From Calditrichia bacterium (lineage in GTDB: Bacteria; Calditrichota; Calditrichia; RBG-13-44-9), in NCBI GenBank assembly GCA_037381445.1, contig JARRQT010000100.1, forward strand, positions 1-28,852: a stretch of DNA of 28,852 nt. The letters are read 5' to 3'. A program made the position numbers and the translations under genes. The number at the start of each line of letters is the position of its first letter. Positions within the stretch are counted from its first letter, which is position 1. Positions 18,539-28,852 of the stretch are shown piece after piece. The notes under the pieces were generated by a model. That model saw nothing but the letters and a program-made list of their open reading frames with translations. It was not told the origin of the DNA and ran no database searches.

Positions 18539-18612
18539 TTGAAGTTGATTTGGCCGGGAGGCGGCCTTCCGGCAATGAATAAATACTAAGATACACGAAC
18601 CATATGAATCTG

Positions 18613-18640
18613 AAAAAGGGAACGCGGAATTCCCTTTTTT
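18613..18640 (+). terminator. Intrinsic terminator within the dedA-glnS intergenic region
   Basis: AAAAAGGGAA-CGCGGAA-TTCCCTTTTTT. Confidence 0.7.
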
Positions 18641-18729
18641 ACAATATCTAAAATTGAATGCTGCATTCGTAAATATCTGAAAACTGAAGAGAACATATTA
18701 CAGCGAGATCTAATGAGGAGCATTTTTTC

Positions 18730-20427
<1,698 letters not shown>

Positions 20428-20482
20428 TATTCGGCGTTCCGCAAGTTTGCTGAATTTTAGGATATTCAAAGGATTTTTTTAT

Positions 20483-21934
20483 ATGGAGAATCAGATTCGT
20501 GTGCGTTTCGCGCCAAGCCCTACGGGATATCTGCACGTGGGTGGTCTGCGGACCGCACTTTACAACTATTTGTTCGCCAGGCATCACGATGGGAAGCTGG
20601 TGCTCAGAATAGAAGACACCGACCGTACCCGCTATGTGCCGGGGGCTGTGGAAAATTTGATCGGCACCATGAAAAATATGGGCCTTGCCTACGATGAAGG
20701 CCCGGATATGGACGGCAGTTTCGGCCCCTACATGCAGTCCCAGCGGCTGAAACTGTACCGGGAGCATACCCAGAAATTACTCGACAGCGGCCATGCTTAT
20801 TATTGTTTCTGCACCGCGGAACGTCTGGAAGAAATGCGGCGGCGGCAGGAGGCCGCAAAGCTCCCCGTCAAATATGACGGCACCTGCCGCAGACTGAGCG
20901 CGAAAGAGGTGAAAGAGAAACTGGAAAGCGGCATTCCCCATGTGGTCCGCCTCAAAATGCCGGAAACGGGTGAAACCGTATTCAATGATCTCATCCGGGG
21001 CGAAGTCACCTTCCAGAATGAGCTGGTAGATGACCAGGTCCTCATGAAATCGGACGGCTACCCGACTTACCATCTGGCCAACGTGATCGACGATCATCAC
21101 ATGCGGATAACCCACGTCATCCGCGGTGAAGAGTGGCTGCCCAGCGTTCCGAAACATATCATGCTTTATAAAGCATTCGGATGGGAAGTGCCCAACTTGG
21201 CCCATCTTCCCTTGCTTCTCAATCCGGACCGCTCCAAACTCAGCAAACGCCAGGGAGATGTGGCGGTGGAGGACTTCCTCGAAAAGGGATATCTGGCGGC
21301 CGCTCTGATTAACTTCATTGCCCTGCTGGGCTGGAATCCCGGCACGGAGCAGGAGATATTTTCACTTGAGGAACTGATCCGGGAATTTTCGCTGGAGCGG
21401 GTGAACAAGGCCGGCGCCGTTTTCGATCTTCAGAAGCTGAACTGGATGAACGGTCATTATATCCGACAATTGACGGAAGAGGAGCGGATCGCGTTTCTGA
21501 GGCCTTTTCTGGAAAAGGCAGGCTATGATGTCTCCAACCCAGAAAAGAACCAAAAAATAATTTCCGCATTTTATGAAAGAATTTCCATTGGCAGCGACAT
21601 CATTGACCAGGCCTCAATTTTTTACCGGGACAGCATTGAGATCACGGATGAGGAAGCCGTCCGGATTTTGCAGGCCCCTTCCGCACGCACAGTGCTTCAT
21701 TCTTTCCTGAAAAAAGTGGAAGCGCAGCCGGAAGTCTCGGTTGACACCTTCAAATCAATTATGAAGGAGGTCCAACAGGAAACCGGCATAAAAAAGCAGG
21801 AACTATGGATGCCCATCCGGGTGGCCCTGACTGGCGTCGATCATGGCCCGGATCTGCCGCTGGTCATTGAAATATTCGGCAAAAATAAAATTCAGCGTTT
21901 TGTTCAGCAGGTGTTGGACCGCTATATGTCTTAG
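20483..21934 (+). CDS. gltX: Glutamate--tRNA ligase
   Basis: RVRFAPSPTGYLHVGG, LRIEDTD, YYCFC..YDGTCR, THVIRGEEW, KLSKR. ATG at 20483 preferred. Confidence 0.98.
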   Translation: MENQIRVRFAPSPTGYLHVGGLRTALYNYLFARHHDGKLVLRIEDTDRTRYVPGAVENLIGTMKNMGLAYDEGPDMDGSFGPYMQSQRLKLYREHTQKLLDSGHAYYCFCTAERLEEMRRRQEAAKLPVKYDGTCRRLSAKEVKEKLESGIPHVVRLKMPETGETVFNDLIRGEVTFQNELVDDQVLMKSDGYPTYHLANVIDDHHMRITHVIRGEEWLPSVPKHIMLYKAFGWEVPNLAHLPLLLNPDRSKLSKRQGDVAVEDFLEKGYLAAALINFIALLGWNPGTEQEIFSLEELIREFSLERVNKAGAVFDLQKLNWMNGHYIRQLTEEERIAFLRPFLEKAGYDVSNPEKNQKIISAFYERISIGSDIIDQASIFYRDSIEITDEEAVRILQAPSARTVLHSFLKKVEAQPEVSVDTFKSIMKEVQQETGIKKQELWMPIRVALTGVDHGPDLPLVIEIFGKNKIQRFVQQVLDRYMS

Positions 21935-21982
21935 ATTCTGCACCTGAATATCCATATTTCATATTCTCGGAGAATTGATTGC

Positions 21983-23005
21983 ATGAAAATAGCTGTTTTG
22001 CTTGGCGGCACTTCCGCGGAGCGTGATGTTTCCCTGGTAACCGGCAGGGAAATCGCCAAAGCCCTCTCACAAAAAGGACACGATGTAAAAGCGATTGACT
22101 GCGCTTACGGCGCCCATCTCATCGAGGACTGTCAACAGGACAGCGGGCAGATCATTCACCTCAAGCCGTCTGAAATTGAGAAGCAGCGCCGGGAACTGGA
22201 CCGGAACCTCTTAGATTGTATCCGCTTCCTGGTGGAAGAAAAATTTGACGCAGCCTATCTGGCGCTTCATGGCGGCTACGGCGAAAACGGACAGCTCCAG
22301 GCGCTTTTGGATCTTGCAAGCATCCCCTACACCGGCAGCGGTGTTCTGGCCAGCGCGGTTGGCATGGATAAGAACTTTAGTAAAATCCTGTTCGAAAAAT
22401 ACGGCGTCCCCACCGCACCGTGGCACGTACTGAACTGCCCGGAAAGCTGGTCCGCCAATGCCTTGGAATCCCTGGGCTATCCCATGGTGGTGAAGCCCAA
22501 TGACCAGGGGTCCACAGTGGGACTGACGATAGTGAAGGAACGGAAAGATTTGGACGACGCCGTCCGAAAGGCATTCGATTACGGGCGTTCGGTGATGGTG
22601 GAAAAATTTATTCCCGGCCGTGAAGTGACGGTCGCGGTGCTGGATCAACTCCCGCTCCCCATTGTCGAAATCATACCCGAGCATGGCATCTATGATTACG
22701 AGTGCAAATACCAGGCGGGCAAAAGCCGGTATGAAGTCCCGGCAAAGCTTCCCGAGGAGCTGACCCGGAAATTGCAGGCTTATGCGATCGCGGCTTACCG
22801 GGCAATCGGCTGCCGGCATTATGCGCGGGTGGATTTCCGCATCACTGACGAGTGGCTCCCATACTGTCTGGAAGTAAATACCCTGCCCGGAATGACTTCC
22901 ACCAGCCTGGTCCCCAAGGCAGCGCGGGCGGCCGGGATTGAATTCCCCGAACTGGTGGAGAAAATCGTCCAGATGGCTTTCTCGGGAAATGATGGCGGAT
23001 GCTAA
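21983..23005 (+). CDS. ddl: D-alanine--D-alanine ligase
   Basis: GGTSAERDVSL, LHGGYGENG, PYTGSGVLASAVGMDK, VKPNDQGSTVG, YDYECKY, LEVNTLPGMT. Confidence 0.96.
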   Translation: MKIAVLLGGTSAERDVSLVTGREIAKALSQKGHDVKAIDCAYGAHLIEDCQQDSGQIIHLKPSEIEKQRRELDRNLLDCIRFLVEEKFDAAYLALHGGYGENGQLQALLDLASIPYTGSGVLASAVGMDKNFSKILFEKYGVPTAPWHVLNCPESWSANALESLGYPMVVKPNDQGSTVGLTIVKERKDLDDAVRKAFDYGRSVMVEKFIPGREVTVAVLDQLPLPIVEIIPEHGIYDYECKYQAGKSRYEVPAKLPEELTRKLQAYAIAAYRAIGCRHYARVDFRITDEWLPYCLEVNTLPGMTSTSLVPKAARAAGIEFPELVEKIVQMAFSGNDGGC

Positions 23006-23212
23006 AGTCTTTTCCCGGACCCCTGTTTTCCGGATAAGGACAGATTTTTGGAATCCCGGAGCGAAATCGGTATATTGGAATCGGATTTAAAATATTTCAT
23101 TGATTTTGCTGATTTTTTCGATTCACCAAAAAGCTCATTGACGGGAACGGATTGTATTTTTCCCAGGGCAATTATTCTAAATTCACATTTTTTTCAATGA
23201 TTGGGTTGTTAA

Positions 23213-23241
23213 TTGAAGCGAAACCGGAATTCTGTTAAACT
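23213..23241 (+). promoter_or_regulatory. Sigma70-type promoter upstream of cutA
   Basis: TTGAAG-N17-TAAACT with an extended -10 TG. Confidence 0.45.
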
Positions 23242-23261
23242 TTTCATTTTGGGGGCCGAAA

Positions 23262-23582
23262 ATGAATGCAAAATATGTTTTGGGTTTCTGCACGGTGCCG
23301 GATGCTCCTTTGGCCGGGAAAATTGCAAAAACGCTGGTTGAAGAGAGGCTGGCCGCCTGTTGTAACATTATTCCGGGAATTACCTCTGTCTATCGCTGGG
23401 AAAAAGAGGTTCAAACCGATTCCGAACTGCTGCTGCTCATCAAAACCAGCGAGGAGCGCTTTGATGAACTGAAAAAAAGAATTCTGGAACTGCACCCCTA
23501 TGATGTTCCGGAAATTATCACTACCTCCATTAGCGAGGGGCACATTGAATATCTAAAATGGATTGGTGAAAATGTCAGATAA
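23262..23582 (+). CDS. cutA: Divalent-cation tolerance protein CutA
   Basis: LVEERLAACCNIIPGITSVYRWE, ELLLLIKT, LHPYDVPEI. Confidence 0.95.
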   Translation: MNAKYVLGFCTVPDAPLAGKIAKTLVEERLAACCNIIPGITSVYRWEKEVQTDSELLLLIKTSEERFDELKKRILELHPYDVPEIITTSISEGHIEYLKWIGENVR

Positions 23583-24315
23583 GAATAATTCTATCGAAGA
23601 GAAAGAAGAAGAATACTGGCGGGAAGATGTAGAGAAAATCGGTTCGGACAACGATCACAGTTCCCCCAAGGATGAGCGGGATATCGCTCTAATACGGAAC
23701 ATGGTGATGGGTGAAATCCGGCAGATACGAAACGAGACGGAAGACAAACAGAAAAAAATCACCAAATTCGGGGCGCGCCTCATTCTGGACCAGCATGTGG
23801 TGCTGACGCATTCCGCCAGCAGCGTGGTTGAATCTATTTTGCTGGAAGCCCGGCGGCAGAAGAAGCGCTTCCGCCTGATCTGCACGGAAAGCCGTCCCCG
23901 CCTGGAAGGCCGGGAATTGGCCCGGCGGATGGCAAAAGCGGGCATCAAAACGCGTCTGATTCCCGATGCCGATATCACCCGGGCAGTGAACGATGCCCAT
24001 TTCGTTCTTACCGGCACTGACCGCATCACCGAGAATTCTTTCATTAACAAAACCGGAACATCGGCGATCGCCATCTTAACCAAAGAATTTAACAAGCCTT
24101 TTTATGTTGCTTCTGATACTGACAAGATCCTGCTAAAGCGAACCTACCCAGCCCGTTTTACCTCCGAAAATGAAGAGGAAATCGTAAAAAGCGACTCTGA
24201 GCATCTTTCCGCTGAGAATTACTACTTTGAGGAGATCCCACTGGATTATCTTCACAAAATAATCTGTGATGCCGGAATATTCGAAAAACAGGAATTTATT
24301 GAGAGGTACCTTTAG
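23572..24315 (+). CDS. eIF-2B alpha/beta/delta (MtnA/R15Pi) superfamily protein, probably lacking part of the N-terminal helical domain
   Basis: VLTHSASSVV, TESRPRLEG, TGTDRI, INKTGT, NYYFEEIP. Overlaps the cutA stop by 11 nt. Confidence 0.85.
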   Translation: MSDKNNSIEEKEEEYWREDVEKIGSDNDHSSPKDERDIALIRNMVMGEIRQIRNETEDKQKKITKFGARLILDQHVVLTHSASSVVESILLEARRQKKRFRLICTESRPRLEGRELARRMAKAGIKTRLIPDADITRAVNDAHFVLTGTDRITENSFINKTGTSAIAILTKEFNKPFYVASDTDKILLKRTYPARFTSENEEEIVKSDSEHLSAENYYFEEIPLDYLHKIICDAGIFEKQEFIERYL

Positions 24316-24378
24316 ACTTTCTCTCTTAAGTTTCATGGGTTGCTTCCGATTATTTAAAAAGGAGATTTATATAAGGGC

Positions 24379-25152
24379 ATGAATGCATTGGAATTAGAGA
24401 AGCAGTATCTTGAGAAGAAAGTACTGGCCATCGACGACGATCCTTTTATCCGAAAGATGTTCCACTCCATGCTCGAACCAAAGGGATTTCAGGTTGTTTC
24501 TGCATGCAACGGCGCTGAAGGCGTGGCAAAAGCCCTGCAATTCAAACCGGACGTCATCTTTCTGGATATTATGATGCCGGAAGTGGATGGATTCAAGACC
24601 CTTGAAATGATGCGGAAGATGGAGCAGACGTGCTACATTCCCATCATTATTGTTACAGCCCGGGCCGATACCCGAAGCCTGCTGACTGCCATTAAATTGG
24701 GCGCCAATGATTTCATTGCCAAACCCTTCACCCGCACGATGATTATGCGCAAGGTAAAATACGCCATCAAACCATCCATTCTTCAGGATGGTTCGGAAGG
24801 TGAGGCCGAATCTTTGAGCGAAAGCCAGGAGACCTTCATCAATATAGCTGCCTACCGGGAAATGAAAAACAGCTATATCTATAAATTTGATAACCTGTTT
24901 GTTAAAATGATCCGCTATTTTTCCAACCACAACAAAATTGAACTGATCAACCTGCTGGAAGACATTCATAATTCCTGCAAAACCTACGAAATCTCGAGTG
25001 CATTATCTTCCCTGGCTGAATTGAAGGTCCTGGTTAAGAATCAAAATTGGGATGAGGTAATGACCCGGATGGAAAAAGTATACTCCATCTTTAAAAATCT
25101 GCAGGAAGAAGTGATGCGGGAAGAAGAAAAGGCCAAAGCCTCAAACAATTAA
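24379..25152 (+). CDS. Response regulator: receiver domain plus C-terminal helical (HPt-like) domain
   Basis: VLAIDDD, PDVIFLDIMMPEVDG, IIIVTA, GANDFIAKPF; no DNA-binding domain recognised. Confidence 0.88.
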   Translation: MNALELEKQYLEKKVLAIDDDPFIRKMFHSMLEPKGFQVVSACNGAEGVAKALQFKPDVIFLDIMMPEVDGFKTLEMMRKMEQTCYIPIIIVTARADTRSLLTAIKLGANDFIAKPFTRTMIMRKVKYAIKPSILQDGSEGEAESLSESQETFINIAAYREMKNSYIYKFDNLFVKMIRYFSNHNKIELINLLEDIHNSCKTYEISSALSSLAELKVLVKNQNWDEVMTRMEKVYSIFKNLQEEVMREEEKAKASNN

Positions 25153-25332
25153 CGCGAACACCGCAAAATCATCTTCGTCCTCCCTTCAATAGCAAGAACC
25201 CATTCAGAATAGCCTGCCGTTTGTGAGATTTTTTGTTTTAAACTCGGTATTGTCTTTTCAAGCAGAATTAACGATATTGTAATTCTTAATAATGTATTCA
25301 GGCACATCGCGGAACTGCGCAAAGGGGAAATC

Positions 25333-26442
25333 TTGCAGGAAAACAGTATCATTAAATTCTGGGATAAAACAAAGGCACCTCCGGAAGAACGACCCGTCCC
25401 CCGGTTTATAGCCCATGATGAAAAATGCCCCCTGAAAAGCCGGGACGTCATGTTTACCGCCGGTTTCCATAATCCGCTCGCTCATCTCAGAAATGTCCTG
25501 TTCCGCCAACTGCCTGCCGAGGCAGCAGAAGGAGACAGCTTTTCTCTGCTTGGATTCGATAGCGAAGACATTTACTACACCACCCTCTGGTATGCCTGGA
25601 AATTGCTCCGCCTGGGTTTCACTTCAACCGTTATCCTGCTTGATGGCAATATGGTTCAATCCGGCGGTCTGGAAGCGGCGGGCCGGGCGCTGCAGGATGT
25701 TCAAATGCCGGGATGGGTGGGAAATGCGGTGAATCTGACCGCAGACGGTCAATCGCCGGTTCTGGCTTTCAAAGAAAACAGGTATTTTATCCGCGATCAC
25801 CCCTATGAACTGGTTCAAGGTTTTCAATATTTCATATGGCATAGAGATCATCCGGTGCTGAGGCAATTAGAAGAGGATTGCCCCTGGTCGGGATCAACGC
25901 TCTATTTGAGAAATATTGAGGATCAAACGGATAGCATTCTGCTTGAGAAACTCGCCGCTCCGGTGCAAACCATATTTTGCGATGAAGAGAGCTATCCCTT
26001 CCTGAATGGAATGATTCCTCAAACAGATGGGATGGCAGTACCTCTTGCAGGGAAAAAAACAGTTCAAAATTTTAAATTTGACATTCAGCCGCTTCAGGGA
26101 TTTCCGGAAAATAATATATCCCCCGAATCACAGCCATTCGCCAGGTATTTTCAATCAGATGGGCAAATTCGCAATTTTTGGAATTCCCAGGCCTTTCTGG
26201 ATAGAAATTTTTCCGGGATATACCCCGATTTTCCTGTTAAAAACCGCGGCACAATTTTTATTGAGCTATCTGAACAGGAAGGCGGTAATCCTCTTGCAAC
26301 GTTTGAGAACAGGGATTCGATTGATTATTCATTTATAAACGGAAATTGGATCATTGACGGCGAAAAATTAACTACAGTGAAACCGGAAATTATTCAGCAT
26401 GAATTTGAACATGTATTGCGCAAATTGAAACGATATTTATAA
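25333..26442 (+). CDS. Hypothetical protein, degenerate amidohydrolase-superfamily-like
   Basis: TAGFHNPLAHLRNVLFRQL resembles PGxxNxHxHxxxxLxRGL; LLRLGFTST resembles MLxxGTTT; the C-terminal DYSFINGNWIIDGEKLTTV is typical of MTA/SAH-deaminase-like proteins. Start codon (TTG) uncertain. Confidence 0.6.
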   Translation: MQENSIIKFWDKTKAPPEERPVPRFIAHDEKCPLKSRDVMFTAGFHNPLAHLRNVLFRQLPAEAAEGDSFSLLGFDSEDIYYTTLWYAWKLLRLGFTSTVILLDGNMVQSGGLEAAGRALQDVQMPGWVGNAVNLTADGQSPVLAFKENRYFIRDHPYELVQGFQYFIWHRDHPVLRQLEEDCPWSGSTLYLRNIEDQTDSILLEKLAAPVQTIFCDEESYPFLNGMIPQTDGMAVPLAGKKTVQNFKFDIQPLQGFPENNISPESQPFARYFQSDGQIRNFWNSQAFLDRNFSGIYPDFPVKNRGTIFIELSEQEGGNPLATFENRDSIDYSFINGNWIIDGEKLTTVKPEIIQHEFEHVLRKLKRYL

Positions 26443-26454
26443 CCGGAGGATATT

Positions 26455-27285
26455 GTGAAAGAACTGGGCAAACGCGTACTCGTCGCCATCATCGGCGGAC
26501 CTCTGATTCTGGGCTCAAGTTTTTTGGGAAGCTACTATTTTCTGTTTTTCATTTTGATTATCAATGGTCTGTCCTTATGGGAATTTTACACTATTTACCG
26601 GAATAAAGGCGTGTATGCTTACCGCGTGCTGGGCGTTGGTCTCGCCTCGTTCCTGGTGCTCACCTCCTATCCCCTGCCCCTGGAAATTTTCCCCGCGCTC
26701 TACTTCATTGTGATAGCCGGCATCATTTTCAGGCACCTCAAAATCACGGAACCGGATGCCAGCACAAACACAGTTTATACATTGGCAGGAATTTCTTACA
26801 TCACAATATTTTTGATTTCGCTGCTGAAATTGCGCCAAGAGTTCTCCGCCTGGTCGGGCCTGGAGAGCCATCTCTTTGCGGGCGGCTGGTTTCTTTTGGT
26901 GATGTGGGCAAGTATCTGGATCTGTGACACCCTGGCATATTTCGGCGGCCGGCTGCTGGGAAAACATAAGCTGGCTCCCCATACCAGCCCGAACAAGACC
27001 ATTGAGGGAGCTGCCTTTGGCCTCATCGGCGGGGTGCTGAGTTTTCTGTTTATCGGCCACTGGCTCCTGCCTGACCTGCCCTATGTATATTTATGGATAT
27101 CCGGGTTTATCGTAGGGATTTTGGGGCAAACCGGGGACCTGATCGAATCCCGTTTTAAAAGGGACGCCGGCGTGAAGGATACCTCAGCGCTGATACCCGG
27201 GCACGGCGGTTTCTTTGACCGGTTCGATTCGGTGATATTCGTATCTCCTTTTTTCTTTCTGTTGTTTTATTTTTTTAGGCCATAG
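26455..27285 (+). CDS. cdsA: Phosphatidate cytidylyltransferase
   Basis: WICDTLAYFGG, SPNKTIEG, GDLIESRFKRDAGVKDTSALIPGHGGFFDRFDS; GGAGGA RBS and GTG start. Confidence 0.96.
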   Translation: MKELGKRVLVAIIGGPLILGSSFLGSYYFLFFILIINGLSLWEFYTIYRNKGVYAYRVLGVGLASFLVLTSYPLPLEIFPALYFIVIAGIIFRHLKITEPDASTNTVYTLAGISYITIFLISLLKLRQEFSAWSGLESHLFAGGWFLLVMWASIWICDTLAYFGGRLLGKHKLAPHTSPNKTIEGAAFGLIGGVLSFLFIGHWLLPDLPYVYLWISGFIVGILGQTGDLIESRFKRDAGVKDTSALIPGHGGFFDRFDSVIFVSPFFFLLFYFFRP

Positions 27286-27294
27286 ACTGGGATA

Positions 27295-28323
27295 ATGAAC
27301 GTTTCAAAATCACAAAATCTTTTACAAGTAAGGAATCTGTCCCTGGATGTACTGACTGAACAAGGACGATTTCCGCTGGTACGAAATATTTCATTTGACC
27401 TGGAGGCCGGAAAAGTCCTGGGAATCGTCGGCGAGAGCGGTTCCGGGAAAACGGTCACCTGCATGGGGCTTACCAGACTGCTGCTCGAACCCCCTATTTA
27501 TTACCGGGAAGGCGAAGTCTGGCTCAACGGCCAGGACCTCTGGAAATTGCCTCCCGACCAGGTCATCAAAAAACGGGGCTCCGAAATCGGGATTATATTC
27601 CAGGAAGCGCTGAGTGCGCTGAATCCCGTTATCAGGGTCGGGAAACAGGTGGAGGAAGTTTTACGCCATCATTTTGATTTGGGCAAGTCCGAAGCGTACC
27701 AAGAGGCAATTGAATTATTCAATCAGGTTGGTATTCCCTCTCCCGAAATTCGCTATAACCATTATCCTCACCAGCTTTCCGGCGGATTGCAGCAGCGGAT
27801 CATGATTGCTATGGCGCTGGCGGGAAATCCGCACCTCCTCATCGCGGACGAACCCACCACCGCCCTGGATGTTACCATACAGGTCCAGATTATGGAATTG
27901 CTGAAGAATCTTCAGCGGCAGCGCGAAATGGCTATTATTTTTGTCAGCCATGATCTGGGGCTCATAGCAGAATTGTGCGATCATGTTTTGGTCATGTATG
28001 CGGGAGAGATCGTTGAATATGGCGGTGTTCATGAGATCTTCGAATCCCCGGCCCATCCCTATACCCAATTACTAATCAGGACCATTCTCCGAATTCAGTC
28101 CGAACGGGGGAAGTTTGTTGAAATTCCCGGACAGGTGCCATCTCCGGCTAATTATCCGGAAGGCTGCAGATTTCACCCGCGCTGTCCCTTTGCGGATGGC
28201 AAATGCAAAGAAGACTCACCCGACGTTTTCATTCTCAATCCGAGTCATCGCTACCGCTGCTGGCACCCCGATTTAAAAGGCAGCACGATTTCAAAAAAAC
28301 ACAGTTGCGAGCAGAATACCTGA
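27295..28323 (+). CDS. oppD: Oligopeptide/dipeptide ABC transporter ATP-binding subunit (OppD/DppD-like)
   Basis: GESGSGKT, YPHQLSGG, IADEPTTALDVTIQ, SHDLG, HPYT, C-terminal GCRFHPRC..C..RCW. Confidence 0.9.
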   Translation: MNVSKSQNLLQVRNLSLDVLTEQGRFPLVRNISFDLEAGKVLGIVGESGSGKTVTCMGLTRLLLEPPIYYREGEVWLNGQDLWKLPPDQVIKKRGSEIGIIFQEALSALNPVIRVGKQVEEVLRHHFDLGKSEAYQEAIELFNQVGIPSPEIRYNHYPHQLSGGLQQRIMIAMALAGNPHLLIADEPTTALDVTIQVQIMELLKNLQRQREMAIIFVSHDLGLIAELCDHVLVMYAGEIVEYGGVHEIFESPAHPYTQLLIRTILRIQSERGKFVEIPGQVPSPANYPEGCRFHPRCPFADGKCKEDSPDVFILNPSHRYRCWHPDLKGSTISKKHSCEQNT

Positions 28324-28525
28324 ATCCGCTGTCAATTTTTCATCCGGTTTGTGCAGGCTGATGGATGGAGGCTGCCTGATTATTTTTTATTATTTGAGAG
28401 TTTGTCCTCCATGGCGGTTTTTTAGCATACACATGCAGTTACCCGTGATTTCAAAATGTTTTATAAATATTGGAAATTACTGCCAATATCTTTAATTTAC
28501 CGCGTTTTGAATAACGGATCGGCGA

Positions 28526-28852
28526 ATGGAACTGGAAAAAGCATATAAACACTGTCAGGAAATTACCCGAAAACACTACGAGAATTTCCCGGTAGCCAGC
28601 AGACTGCTGCCCTCGGAACTGCGGCCGCATATCGCTGCCGTGTACGCTTTTGCCCGGACCGCCGATGATTTTGCAGATGAGATGATGGATCCCGAAAGGC
28701 TTCTGGATTGGCGGAAGCAACTGCATGCATGCGTCCGGGGAGAGCATGACAATCCCATTTTCCTCGCGCTCTCCCATACAATTGAAACCTTTCAACTGCC
28801 CGTGCAGTGGCTGGACGATCTGCTGACCGCCTTTCAAATGGATCTGAAAAAA
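28526..28852 (+). CDS. hpnC: Squalene synthase HpnC (hydroxysqualene synthase), 5' part only
   Basis: Not in the ORF track; translated by hand: MELEKAYKHCQEITRKHYENFPVASRLLPSELRPHIAAVYAFARTADDFADE..PIFLAL..DLLTAFQMD. HYENFPVAS and DDxxDE are HpnC hallmarks. The frame is open to the window end. Confidence 0.88.
   Translation, partial: MELEKAYKHCQEITRKHYENFPVASRLLPSELRPHIAAVYAFARTADDFADEMMDPERLLDWRKQLHACVRGEHDNPIFLALSHTIETFQLPVQWLDDLLTAFQMDLKK

Noticed and set aside
18545..18640. T-box riboswitch upstream of glnS
   Set aside because: The leader is too short for stem I, and GGGAACGCGG lacks the UGGN bulge of the T-box consensus; kept only as a generic leader/sRNA candidate

Overview
Mostly housekeeping region of a bacterial chromosome. 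The gene style suggests an FCB-superphylum lineage such as Calditrichota, but this is inference only. The minus strand carries a TPR/GWxTD secreted protein (cut off by the window edge), mutS broken by a frameshifting deletion, a soluble pseudoREC-GAF-PAS histidine kinase, coaX, birA, a methylmalonyl-CoA mutase large subunit, an exported 34-aa helical-repeat protein, tRNA-Arg(ACG) and a nitroreductase. The plus strand carries a 5'-truncated zinc metallopeptidase, htrA, ispD-ispF-dedA, glnS-gltX-ddl, cutA with an eIF-2B-alpha-like gene, a receiver protein with an HPt-like tail, a degenerate amidohydrolase, cdsA, an orphan oppD-like ATPase and the start of hpnC. I saw no mobile element, CRISPR array or defence system. 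The notable points are three apparent internal deletions (real lesions or assembly/gap artefacts), the alternating 34-aa repeat protein, a promoter-hairpin-terminator leader before glnS, and several pseudo-enzyme or pseudo-signalling domains. I cannot claim a clearly new system from the sequence alone.
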